Shown here: in pieces, positions 29,662 through 38,677 of the stretch
Numbering within the stretch: the first letter of the stretch is position 1
How the letters are laid out: each line of letters opens with the position of its first letter
Assembly: GCA_964488255.1 (NCBI GenBank)
Contig: CAZAUR010000018.1
Span: forward strand, 6,596 to 70,595
Origin: an uncultured Spirochaetaceae bacterium
Lineage (GTDB): Bacteria; Myxococcota_A; UBA9160; UBA4427
Length of the DNA: 64,000 bases
Direction of reading: 5' to 3'
Notes under the pieces: generated by a model
What the model was told of the DNA's origin: nothing
The model's input: only the letters and a program-made list of their open reading frames with translations
Database searches by the model: none
Program-made: the position numbers and the translations under genes

Positions 29662-30756
29662 TCAGCCCGTGACGACGTTCCGTTTGCCGAGCAGGTTGAG
29701 CTTGAAGCGGCGAATCGTATCGGGTTCGATCCGTTCGCCCGTCTCGGACTCGAGGTAGAGCGCGTCCTTCGGACATTGCACGACGCACGCGCCGCAGCGG
29801 ATGCAGCGATCGTCGTGCGCGAGCACGACTTTTCGGCGGGCTTCGTCCTTCTCGAAGCAGGCTTCGGGACAGACTTCCCAGCATCGAAAGACGCCCTTGC
29901 AGGCCTCCTCGTCGAAGGTGATGTGCCACTTGCGCTCTTCGAAGTGGCTGCCGCCCTCGAGGGGGGTGGAGCCGGCGTAGTCGGCGGTCAACAGGCCGGT
30001 CAGGAATCCGGGTAGGAGGACGGCCGCGGCGAGTGCCGCGCCGCCGCCACCGGCGGTGATCGTCGCGATGAGAGACGCGGCGATCGAAGTCGTGAGCAGG
30101 AGCCCCCGCCGCGCCGGGCCGAACTTGTCATAGAGGGTGAAGACCGCGATCGACATCGCCACCACGAGTGCGAGACACGGCAAGGTCCACCCGGGTGCGA
30201 GCCAGGCGGCGATCCCCGCGATCACGAGGGCGGTCGGCGTTGCCCACATCAGCGCCATCTGAAGGCGGTCGCGAAGGGGAAACTCGACGCGTCGCATCCC
30301 GGCCGTCTTCGTACCCGTCGCGAGATAGGCGGGGATGTCGCGCATGTCCACGGGACCGAAACGGACCCTCCAGCGACTTCGTCGAAAGACGTCGAGGGCG
30401 AGCACCCCGGTGGCGGCGAGCTGAGGGAGGATGACGTCTCGGCGGTCCACCTTCTCCGCGATCCCCGAAGTCTTGAGCGCCGTCACCACCTGGTGCGTCG
30501 TCAGGTGTCCACCCGAGGAAGCGCACCACACGTTGATGCCACCCGACGGGGCGATGAGCAACCATGCGTCGATGCCCTGCAGGCTCCGCTCGAGACGGCG
30601 CACGGTGAGATCGAAGTTGCACGTCAGCAGCACGGGGCTCGACGCATCGGGCTCTCCGATCGCCCGGAGGCCGGGTTCCGTCGGCCATGGAAAGAGGCGG
30701 AACGCCGTCTGCAAGAACTCCCTCGCCGCATCGCCGATCGTTCGAGCGAGGCTCAC
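29662..30756 (-). CDS. HgcAB-like fusion: corrinoid-binding (CdhD/HgcA-like) domain + TM region + ferredoxin
   Basis: PVLLTCNFDLT, AWLL...SGGINVWCASSGG, VILPQLAA.G, FGPV...DIPAYL, about 4 TMs ending DYAGSTP, then CKGVFRCWEVCP and CIRCGACVVQCP. GTG start overlaps the methyltransferase stop. Confidence 0.85.
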   Translation of the reverse strand: MSLARTIGDAAREFLQTAFRLFPWPTEPGLRAIGEPDASSPVLLTCNFDLTVRRLERSLQGIDAWLLIAPSGGINVWCASSGGHLTTHQVVTALKTSGIAEKVDRRDVILPQLAATGVLALDVFRRSRWRVRFGPVDMRDIPAYLATGTKTAGMRRVEFPLRDRLQMALMWATPTALVIAGIAAWLAPGWTLPCLALVVAMSIAVFTLYDKFGPARRGLLLTTSIAASLIATITAGGGGAALAAAVLLPGFLTGLLTADYAGSTPLEGGSHFEERKWHITFDEEACKGVFRCWEVCPEACFEKDEARRKVVLAHDDRCIRCGACVVQCPKDALYLESETGERIEPDTIRRFKLNLLGKRNVVTG

Positions 30757-31412
30757 GGAGCGACCTCGGCGACGATCAGGGCGAGACTGCCGAGCATGAA
30801 TCGATGCTCGTGACGCGGCGTGAATCCTGCCCGTCGGATCTCCTGCGCGAGATTCGCGATCGGCCGCGAGACTTCCCCGACGAGCAGCCATCCGAGCGCC
30901 GACTGTGGCAAGCGCCAAACGCGTTGGGCCCAACGCCGCAGTCCGGGTGGCGCGTGCACTTCGTCCGCCACCACCAGCCGCCCCCCCGTCGCCAGCAGCC
31001 GCGTGCATGCAGTCAGCACGAAGGTGCGCTCGTTGGAAGACATGTCCGACAGACACAAGGAGATCACGATTGCGTCGAAATCCGCTTCGGGCAAGCCATC
31101 GACCTCGGCCGCGGTCTGCTCGAGCCAGCGCACATCGGTCTCGCCGGCGGGGGAGAGTCGCTGGCGAGCCTGCTCGATCATGTCCGGCGATTGGTCGACG
31201 GCCGTGACCCGAGCGCCGCGGGCTACGAGCAGCGCGGTGACGGTTCCGGTCCCGGAGCCGATCTCGAGGACGCGGTCGCCAGGCTCGGCAACCGCCGCCT
31301 CGGTGGCAGCCGCATGGAGCTTCGCCACCTGACCGAACGTGATGAGACGCATCCCTGCGTCGTAGCGTTCGGGCGAGCCTTCCAACCAGCGCATGAGGGC
31401 GAGTGAACTCAT
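30753..31412 (-). CDS. Class I SAM-dependent methyltransferase (corrinoid-protein-associated, CpaM-like)
   Basis: LM..LE..P.RYD.G.RL.TFG N-terminus, motif I VLEIGSGTG, AVDQSPDM, LATGGRLVVADE. Confidence 0.88.
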   Translation of the reverse strand: MSSLALMRWLEGSPERYDAGMRLITFGQVAKLHAAATEAAVAEPGDRVLEIGSGTGTVTALLVARGARVTAVDQSPDMIEQARQRLSPAGETDVRWLEQTAAEVDGLPEADFDAIVISLCLSDMSSNERTFVLTACTRLLATGGRLVVADEVHAPPGLRRWAQRVWRLPQSALGWLLVGEVSRPIANLAQEIRRAGFTPRHEHRFMLGSLALIVAEVAP

Positions 31413-31990
31413 GGGGTGACCATCCGCCGAGTCAGTTGGACGAGGTCGCGCGTAAGATCTTCGGGATCAGGAAACGCGGCTTCGTCGATGAAGTATTGCA
31501 GCAGCAACCCATCGATCGCCCCGATCAGGACCGAGGCCTGGGCGGACGCGGACGGTCGGGCTGCGAGGGTTCCGTTCCGCTGCCCTTCGCGGATCACGGC
31601 AGCGAGATCACGCCGCGCCGCGCGGAAGAACCCGCCCATCTCACGAGCATCCTCGAGGCGCAGGTCCATCAAGACCCGGCCGAAGGCGGCCCACTCGGGA
31701 AACAACGCCGCGCAAGCAGCGGCAAGTCGTTCGATGCGCGCGAGCGGAGTGCCCTCGCCTCCGAGGCACGCGCGAAACAACGCGCGTTCCTGGTCGAGCA
31801 TCTCGCTCACCATGTCGGCGAGCAGCGCATCCTTGTCGGGGTAGTAGTGGTAGAGGCTGGAGCGCCCCATGCCGGCCGAATCGGCGACGTGGGTGAGGCC
31901 GGTACCACGGACGCCGCGCTCCGCGAACACGCGGCGTGCCGCGCTGCGGATTACTCGTCGCTGGCTCGAGGGATCGACGATCTTCGGCAT
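31409..31990 (-). CDS. TetR/AcrR-family regulator
   Basis: MPKIVD....R..I..AARRVFAERG..GT.L..VA..AGMGRSSLYHYY.DK..L. Its stop overlaps the methyltransferase ATG. Confidence 0.93.
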   Translation of the reverse strand: MPKIVDPSSQRRVIRSAARRVFAERGVRGTGLTHVADSAGMGRSSLYHYYPDKDALLADMVSEMLDQERALFRACLGGEGTPLARIERLAAACAALFPEWAAFGRVLMDLRLEDAREMGGFFRAARRDLAAVIREGQRNGTLAARPSASAQASVLIGAIDGLLLQYFIDEAAFPDPEDLTRDLVQLTRRMVTP

Positions 31991-32017
31991 CGGGAAGCTC
32001 CCGAACCCCAGCATCGC

Positions 32018-32045
32018 TTATTTCGACACTGATGTCCATAAAAAT
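32018..32045. promoter_or_regulatory. Candidate TetR operator / promoter
   Basis: AT-rich island with a GACA-ctga-TGTC dyad (32025-32036). It overlaps a TGGACA -35-like hexamer on the minus strand, about 35-48 bp upstream of tetR. Confidence 0.35.
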
Positions 32046-32058
32046 GCGACTGGATCGG

Positions 32059-33306
32059 TCAGTTGCGCCTGCGGCGCTCCTGGCCCCGCGGTGGGCGAAC
32101 GGGCGGCTTCGCGTCACCGGCTCCGTGAAGTGCGACCAACGCCAGAGCGAGCAGCGCCATGCCCCCGCCGAACCAGAAGGTCGCCGGGGCGCCGAGTCGA
32201 TCCCAGAGCATCCCCGCGGCCGCGCTCGCGACGAGCGCGGCGAGCCCGGAGAGCAGGTTGAAGAACCCGAACGCCGTGCCGCGGAGCTCGTCCGGTGCGG
32301 CGTTCGCGACCATCGTCGCCAGCAGTCCCTGGGTCATCCCCAGGTGCAGACCCCAGAGCCCGATTCCCACTGCGAGCACCGGCCAGCCGTCGCCGATCGC
32401 CAGAATCACGTCCGCCGCGATCAAGACAGCGAGGCCTGCGATCAGGACCGCTGCAGGGGGGAGCTTGTCCGACAGCTTCCCGAACGGGTAGGCCGTCGCG
32501 GCGTAGGCGGCGTTCATCACGACCAGGACCAGCGGCACAGAGGACAGCGCGAGGCCGGCCTGCTGGGCGCGCAGTACCAGAAAGGCTTCACTGAAACGCG
32601 CGAGCGCGAAGGCGGTCCCGATCGCGACGACGGACCAATACGCGCCGGTCAAGCGCGGGATCGCCCGCCAATCGACGGGGTGCCCGGGTTTCGCATCGGT
32701 CGTATGTCGAGGCTCTCGCACTCCGATCCAGAGTACGGCCACGGCGAGCCCGGCCGGGATCACGGCGATCCAGAACACGGCGCGAATATCTTCGGCCATG
32801 AGCATCATCAGCCCCATCGCGAGCAGCGGACCGATCAGCGCGCCGACCGTGTCCAGCGCCTGTCGCAATCCGTAGGCCGCGCCGCGAACCGCTCGTGGCG
32901 TGAGGTCCGCGATCAGCGCATCCCGCGGCGCCCCACGAATCCCCTTGCCTGTACGATCCACGAAGCGGGCGGCGAAGACCATGCCGACGCTGCCGGACAG
33001 GGCGAATAGCGGCTTGCTGAGCGCGCCCAGGCCGTAGCCCAGGACCGCGAGCGCCTTGCGGCGACGGAGATAGTCACTCGCGTAGCCCGAGAAGACCTTG
33101 ACGATCAGCGCGGTTGCCTCGGCGACCCCCTCGATCAGACCGATCGTGAGCGCGCTCGTACCGAAGCTCACCATGAGGAAGACGGGGAGCAGGCTGTGAA
33201 TCAGCTCCGAGGAGACGTCCATGAGCAGACTGACGAAGCCGAGCACCCAGATGCCGCGCGGAATCGTCCCCGCGTGCTCGACTTCTCGTACGTCCACGGG
33301 TCTCAT
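32059..33306 (-). CDS. MFS transporter
   Basis: IWVLGFVSLLMD.SSE.IHSLLP, GYASDYLRRRK, DR.GKGIRGAPRDAL.AD, about 12 TMs. Confidence 0.93.
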   Translation of the reverse strand: MRPVDVREVEHAGTIPRGIWVLGFVSLLMDVSSELIHSLLPVFLMVSFGTSALTIGLIEGVAEATALIVKVFSGYASDYLRRRKALAVLGYGLGALSKPLFALSGSVGMVFAARFVDRTGKGIRGAPRDALIADLTPRAVRGAAYGLRQALDTVGALIGPLLAMGLMMLMAEDIRAVFWIAVIPAGLAVAVLWIGVREPRHTTDAKPGHPVDWRAIPRLTGAYWSVVAIGTAFALARFSEAFLVLRAQQAGLALSSVPLVLVVMNAAYAATAYPFGKLSDKLPPAAVLIAGLAVLIAADVILAIGDGWPVLAVGIGLWGLHLGMTQGLLATMVANAAPDELRGTAFGFFNLLSGLAALVASAAAGMLWDRLGAPATFWFGGGMALLALALVALHGAGDAKPPVRPPRGQERRRRN

Positions 33307-33540
33307 GTCGATGGATCCACTCCGAATTGATCACGGCGCGGGGATGGTCGGCGCTCGACTGGGCGCAGTTCTCCCGACCCACGCCTTTCTTGCCGGAGGA
33401 TCGACTCGGCGCTCGGTCCGATTCGCGCCCATCTTCGCCTCGGTCCTGGTGCGGTCCCACGACAGGCGTGGACGCATGGGAGCAGTGAGTGCGATCCAGC
33501 CCATGAGCTGCAAGGTCTCGCACGCCTCCCCGTCCGGGCG

Positions 33541-35001
33541 CTAATCCAACTCGACCGTAACCTGTTTCTCGGCAGCGGCGTGATGCGCGTCGGCCTCCTC
33601 GGCCTCCTCGGCCTCGTCAGGGGCGCGCAGGTCGCTTCGAAGCATGATGATCTCCTCGGCAGCGTGGTAGCGAGAGGCGACCCCCGGCTGAGGGTAGAGC
33701 CCACCCCCGAGCATCATCGCCGAGAGGACGATGATCAGGACACGCTCGCTCGGCCGACAACCCATCGTCGCGGTCGCCTCTCGGCGCACACCCGTGAATA
33801 CCCGAAAATACGCCTGCACGACGGCGATTCCGTTGAGCATCGCGGCGATGACGACGCTCAGTCCGATCAGCGGATACACGTCGACGGCGCCTTCGACGAG
33901 CAATTCGGCTCCGACGAAGCCGACGGTGCCTGGAAAGCCGACCGACGCCAGGCCGCTCAGCAGAAAGAAGCCTGAGATCAGAGGCGTGAGCTGCGACAGA
34001 CCGTGATATCCATCCAGGGAGAGTCGTCCCGTCCGGGCTTCGATGCAGCGAAGCGCGAGGCCGAAGCCGCCCAGCGAGATTCCTACGGAGAGCCAGACGT
34101 AGAGCGCTCCGGTCAAGCCAATCGGCGTGACCATCTCCAGCCCGACGAGCACGAGCGAAGCGTGGCTCAGGAACACGAAGCAGAAGAATCGGCGCGCCTC
34201 ATGTTGGACGAGCGCCATTCCGGCGGCGTAGACGGCCGTTGCGAGAGACACGATCGCGATGCCCTGCATGCCCCAGGCGGGCGCGACTGGCAAGACGAGC
34301 CTGACTACGGCGTACGCGCCCGTCATCGGGATGACGGCAAGGAGTGCGGTCCCGAAGCCCGCTCGTTCGAAGAGCTCGGTGATCCAGCCATGGAGGGGGA
34401 AGACTCCACTCCGCAAGAGCGCTGCGAGGGTCACAACGAGCACGCCGATCGAGGAGAAGTCTTCCGTCCCGATCATCGATTGACCGCCCGTCAAGCACAC
34501 CACGAAGAGTCCCATGTAGACCCAATAGAGCCGCGCAGACCGACCGCGTCTCTGGATCTCGAGCGCGGGAGGGATCGTCGCGAGCGAGAGGAGGACGACG
34601 ATCCCCCACGGTGCACGGCAGCTGAGCAGTGCCATCAGGATGGATTCCGACACCAGCGTCGAGACGAACGAGAATCGCCGCACTTTGGTCCGGAGTGTCG
34701 TGGCGATCGTCGCGAGGTAGAGCATCGCGCCCAATGGCAGAAGCGGCGCGCTCAACTCATCGACGACGAACAGGTCTGCGTGATAGAGGCCAAACGACTC
34801 GAGCCAAGGGTCGTGCGCTTCGAAGGCATGGAGTGTCGCGAAGTCGAACCATGCCCCGATCGCGAGGAACAGTGTCGCGGCGCTGACGATGATGCTCGTG
34901 CGTCGCACAGAGTCAAAGTCGTCTATCCTGGAGACGACGATGGCGCCCACCAGCGGCACGAACGTCGCAAGCTCGAGCCAAGGGAAATGCAGGCTCTGCA
35001 T
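33541..35001 (-). CDS. NuoM-like proton-translocating antiporter-type subunit
   Basis: About 13 TMs, LFVVDELSAPL, RSG.FPLH.W, LASVG.PGT.GFVG.ELL. Coupled to the upstream NuoL-like gene. Confidence 0.8.
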   Translation of the reverse strand: MQSLHFPWLELATFVPLVGAIVVSRIDDFDSVRRTSIIVSAATLFLAIGAWFDFATLHAFEAHDPWLESFGLYHADLFVVDELSAPLLPLGAMLYLATIATTLRTKVRRFSFVSTLVSESILMALLSCRAPWGIVVLLSLATIPPALEIQRRGRSARLYWVYMGLFVVCLTGGQSMIGTEDFSSIGVLVVTLAALLRSGVFPLHGWITELFERAGFGTALLAVIPMTGAYAVVRLVLPVAPAWGMQGIAIVSLATAVYAAGMALVQHEARRFFCFVFLSHASLVLVGLEMVTPIGLTGALYVWLSVGISLGGFGLALRCIEARTGRLSLDGYHGLSQLTPLISGFFLLSGLASVGFPGTVGFVGAELLVEGAVDVYPLIGLSVVIAAMLNGIAVVQAYFRVFTGVRREATATMGCRPSERVLIIVLSAMMLGGGLYPQPGVASRYHAAEEIIMLRSDLRAPDEAEEAEEADAHHAAAEKQVTVELD

Positions 35002-36389
35002 CAGGTGGAATCCTCTAGCGAACGCGGGTAGGGAACCACGGGACGCGGTTCATGGCTGGACTCACCGGAGAGCATCGACGCGACGGCATGCTCGACGCGA
35101 TCACACCATCGAAAGAACGACACGAACGGACCGACCACGACACGGTCGAGCATTGCATCCAGGTACCCGCGCTCGAACGCGAATCGAAAGAGGCCGCGAG
35201 GTGGAGTACGCGGATTGCTCGCGTCGGATTCGCGGACGTCGCCGATATGCAGACCCATCGCGTCCTCCAGGAGCTGATAGTCCTTGAGGACGGAAGGCGC
35301 CCTCAACAGCTGCAGGGTTCGGAGGCACGCATGTCCGATCATGTGAATCAGCGCGATGTAGTAGAGACCGAATCCGATCTCGATCGCGATGATTCCAACT
35401 TGGGTCAGTGACGCGAAAGCGAGCGCGCTCTTGACATCGGTCTGCGCTCGCGATGCGACGGACCCGAAGATGGCGGAGGCCAATCCGGTCGCGAGCACGG
35501 CGAGTTGGAGCGGTACCGAAGCCGCGATCAAGGGGCTCACGCGAAGGAGGAGAAAGGGGCCGAGGTGAATCGAGAGCGCCCCGTAGAAGATCGCGCTCGA
35601 TGGAGTCGGCCCCTCCATGGCGCGCGGTAGCCATCCGGAGAAGGGGACCATGCCCGACTTGCCAGCTGCAGCCACCAGCAAGAGACCCCCAACGAGGAGC
35701 GCCGCCGATGAATCGATGGCCGAGACACCCTCGGGCCATGATCCGACGCCCATCAGTTCTTCGAAATCCCCGGCACCGGTCATGCTGTGAAGCGTCAGCG
35801 CCGCGACGAGGAATGCCGCATCCGCGGCCCGGTAGATGGCCCAGACGCGCTGTCCGTTGCGCACGGGTCCAGCGCGCTCATGAAAGTAGGCGATGAGAAG
35901 CGCCGACGAGAGACCGACGAGCTCCCAACCGAGAAAGAGTGTCTCAATCGTGCCGGCAAGTGACGAAACCACCATCCCGAGCAGAAAGAGCGCGTACAAC
36001 AGGAAGAATCTCGAGTGTCCCGGTTCGCGATGGAGGTACACGCTGGCGAACGCACCGACCGTCCCGCAAAGAACGAAAGACAGGATCACGAAGGGAACGG
36101 ACAGTCGATCGAACACGAACTTCAGATGAAAATGAAAGTGCTCCTCTGGGATCGCCACCCAGTCCCCGATGTCGATCGGAACGTGGCGCAGGTCGAAGGC
36201 CAGCATCATCCCCAGAATTCCGATGGCGGAGCCGAGTCCGATCGCAATCGTGAGCTTCGTGAGCCATTCCTGCGCGCGCTCGCTGAGATTCGAGCTGAAG
36301 AGCGCGCTCGCTGCAAAGATCGTGAGCAGAGCCGCCGGACTCGTGATCGTCACGAGGCCGAGGATCCTGAAAGTGAAATCGATCGTCAT
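35001..36389 (-). CDS. dabB: NuoL/ND5-like membrane subunit (DabB/MpsA type)
   Basis: [66 protein letters not shown]. dabA lies 5.7 kb away. Confidence 0.8.
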   Translation of the reverse strand: MTIDFTFRILGLVTITSPAALLTIFAASALFSSNLSERAQEWLTKLTIAIGLGSAIGILGMMLAFDLRHVPIDIGDWVAIPEEHFHFHLKFVFDRLSVPFVILSFVLCGTVGAFASVYLHREPGHSRFFLLYALFLLGMVVSSLAGTIETLFLGWELVGLSSALLIAYFHERAGPVRNGQRVWAIYRAADAAFLVAALTLHSMTGAGDFEELMGVGSWPEGVSAIDSSAALLVGGLLLVAAAGKSGMVPFSGWLPRAMEGPTPSSAIFYGALSIHLGPFLLLRVSPLIAASVPLQLAVLATGLASAIFGSVASRAQTDVKSALAFASLTQVGIIAIEIGFGLYYIALIHMIGHACLRTLQLLRAPSVLKDYQLLEDAMGLHIGDVRESDASNPRTPPRGLFRFAFERGYLDAMLDRVVVGPFVSFFRWCDRVEHAVASMLSGESSHEPRPVVPYPRSLEDST

Positions 36390-36463
36390 TTGCTACGTCC
36401 ATTTCGCGCCGTCGCCAGTTCGGCTCGAGCCGTGCCCCGTCTTTCGTACGGATCGGGCGCCGT

Positions 36464-36505
36464 TCTACGACCTAAGACCTAAGACCTAAGACCTAAGACC
36501 TACGA
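36464..36505. repeat. Heptamer simple-sequence repeat (CCTAAGA)4 with degenerate flanking units
   Basis: TCTACGA-(CCTAAGA)x4-CCTACGA, 75 bp upstream of the dabB start. Confidence 0.9.
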
Positions 36506-37002
36506 TCATTCTGTTAGGCACCCGCGGCGCGACGTGCTTCGGCCATTCGAGCGGCGACTACCGGCGAGCCGCGAAGAGTATTGCATCGAAGTCCGCCATT
36601 CGATAGCCGTGAACCCCGCCGACTCGCGAGGGTGCGGTCATCAATGCCCGTCGAGCTTCGGGGGAGGAGGCTTCGAACATTCACGTACTCTCGAATCATG
36701 TGGTGCAGGCGACGCGCGCGGCCCGAGTGACGCATGCAATGCTCACCGCTGCGGCATTCGCATCGGCGGAGTTCTCGGATGTCCGTGAACGACGACGGCT
36801 CCGGCGCATCGAAGTCAGCCCGATGGCCGCGAGGTGAATCGAGCTCGCAGTCGCACGGCGCAGTCGCCCTGAAGGGGGTCGAGGACGGCGTCGCGACTGA
36901 AGTTGCCGACGAGGTTCCGTGCGAGAAGGTCGAATCGAAGTCGACCACGGAGTGCGGGCGTGACGTGTCCTCATAGGCAGCGCTCGAAGGAACCGCGTTG
37001 GT

Positions 37003-38496
37003 TCAATTCACCGGCACCCGCTGCAGATACGCGCTCGCTTCGCTGATCCACCGTGCAAGAAACTCGGGCGTGTCCAGCCCCAGCCAGACGGTCAAGGCCA
37101 TGCACAGCAAAATGGGGGCCACCATCGCGAAATCGTCGTCGAACCTCGACCGGCTGACCGTCCCTCCCTCTCCCTGGTCGCCGGCATCGCCCGACGTCGG
37201 ATTGGGCGCGGGGCCGAAGCAGCAGCCGATGATCGTATTGCCCATGCCGAAAAACACCAGAAGCAGCAGGATCAGGAACAGCACGCCCGCGGCCGTGTGA
37301 CCCGTAGTGAAGGCACCGCTGAGAATCTGGTACTCGCTCACGAAGGGGCCAAACAATGGCGAGCCGGTGATCGCGAAGAACCCGACGAGCAGGAGCGAGC
37401 CGCTCCAGGGCAGCCGTTTGAGTACGCCCTGCACCTCGTCGGTGGTCTTGCTTCCGTAGACCCGATGGATGTTGCCTGCCGCGAGAAACAATGCAGCTTT
37501 GCAGATGCCATTGTGAATCATGTGCAAGAGAGCTCCGCTCGCCGCGAGCCCTCCGATGCCCATCCCGAAGACGAGCATTCCCATGTGCTCGACGCTCGAA
37601 TAGGCCAACAGACGTTTGATGTCCTTCTGCCGCGACATGAACACCGCGGCCGTTGCCATCGACAAGACCCCCATGAAGATCAGCATCTGTCGAGAATAGA
37701 CGTCGTCATGAGCGATGTGGGCGATGTGGAAGAAACGGAGAACGCACAGGAATGCGCAACTCGTCAGGCCGCCCGCCAGCAGCGCTCCGACGATGCCAGG
37801 TGCTTCGCCGTAGGCGTCCGGCTTCCAGGTGTACATGGGCGAGAGGCCCATCTTCGTGCCGTAGCCGACCAGAAGCAGAACGAACGAAGCGTGTAGCCAT
37901 GGCCGCGAGAGTGCGTGTGAATGCTCGACCAGCTCGTCGAACATGAGCGTCGATTCCGAGCCCGCTTGCAACATCGAGTAGGCCAGGAAGAACGAGCCGA
38001 GTAGAGCCAGGGCGATGCCGACCGAGCAGATCATCAAGTACTTCCAAGTGGCTTCGAGCGACTTCGAGTTGTGCGTGAAGTAGATGCAAGGTGCCGTCGC
38101 CAGCGTCGTCGCTTCCATCGCGATCCACATCAATCCGAGGTGATGCGACAGGGTGACGAGCGTCATCGTCGCCAGCGCCAGCAGCAGGCAGGCGCAGAGT
38201 GCTCGATTGTCGCGCTCGGCTCTCGCCCGGAGGTAGCCTGGCGCGTAGGTTGACAGCAAGAAGAAGAGCAGACTCACGAACCCCGTGAACAGTCGGCTGA
38301 GTGGGTCGATCGCCAGCCAACGTTCGAACATCCACTGCTCTCCCTGCGCCAGCTGCCAAGATGTCAGCGCTAAGTGGGCCGCACCCGTGAGTGGCAGCAG
38401 CAATGGACGGACGCGATTCGACGGAATTGCGAACGCCAGCCCGGCGGCGAGGACCGGGAGCAGGATGAGGATCAGCAACATGAGAGTGCCATCCAT
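37003..38496 (-). CDS. hyfF: Hydrogenase-4 component F-like membrane subunit, copy 2
   Basis: HHLGLMW.AMEATTLA, SLEATWKYL, GYGTKMGL.PM, KRLLAYSSVEHMG, FFAITGSP. Confidence 0.88.
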   Translation of the reverse strand: MDGTLMLLILILLPVLAAGLAFAIPSNRVRPLLLPLTGAAHLALTSWQLAQGEQWMFERWLAIDPLSRLFTGFVSLLFFLLSTYAPGYLRARAERDNRALCACLLLALATMTLVTLSHHLGLMWIAMEATTLATAPCIYFTHNSKSLEATWKYLMICSVGIALALLGSFFLAYSMLQAGSESTLMFDELVEHSHALSRPWLHASFVLLLVGYGTKMGLSPMYTWKPDAYGEAPGIVGALLAGGLTSCAFLCVLRFFHIAHIAHDDVYSRQMLIFMGVLSMATAAVFMSRQKDIKRLLAYSSVEHMGMLVFGMGIGGLAASGALLHMIHNGICKAALFLAAGNIHRVYGSKTTDEVQGVLKRLPWSGSLLLVGFFAITGSPLFGPFVSEYQILSGAFTTGHTAAGVLFLILLLLVFFGMGNTIIGCCFGPAPNPTSGDAGDQGEGGTVSRSRFDDDFAMVAPILLCMALTVWLGLDTPEFLARWISEASAYLQRVPVN

Positions 38497-38677
38497 CTGG
38501 CTGATCGACTCGATGCGCCGATCGCTGCAGTCAGGTGCCGCTGCAGAAACTTCGACCGGCGGCCGCGAGACGATGTTGAGAACACGATGCGTGAAGGCGG
38601 AGACCCTCTTCGATGCGCCCGGCCCTCGATCTCGATGCAGGAATACGTCGCGCTGGGGGATCGGGTGGGTTCGCGAT

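Noticed and set aside
29662-30756. Bona fide hgcA/hgcB mercury-methylation genes
   Set aside because: The cap helix is NVWCASSG rather than NVWCAAGK, the ferredoxin is fused and lacks the C(M/I)ECGAC signature and terminal Cys residues. Only 'HgcAB-like' is supported.
29662-31056. 464-aa length for the HgcAB-like protein
   Set aside because: The first 100 codons overlap the methyltransferase in another frame; the coupled GTG at 30756 is the plausible start.
36464-36520. CRISPR array or integron attC at the CCTAAGA repeat and GTTAGGC
   Set aside because: The 7-bp units have no spacers and there are no cas genes. There is no matching RYYYAAC inverse core at attC distance and no integrase.
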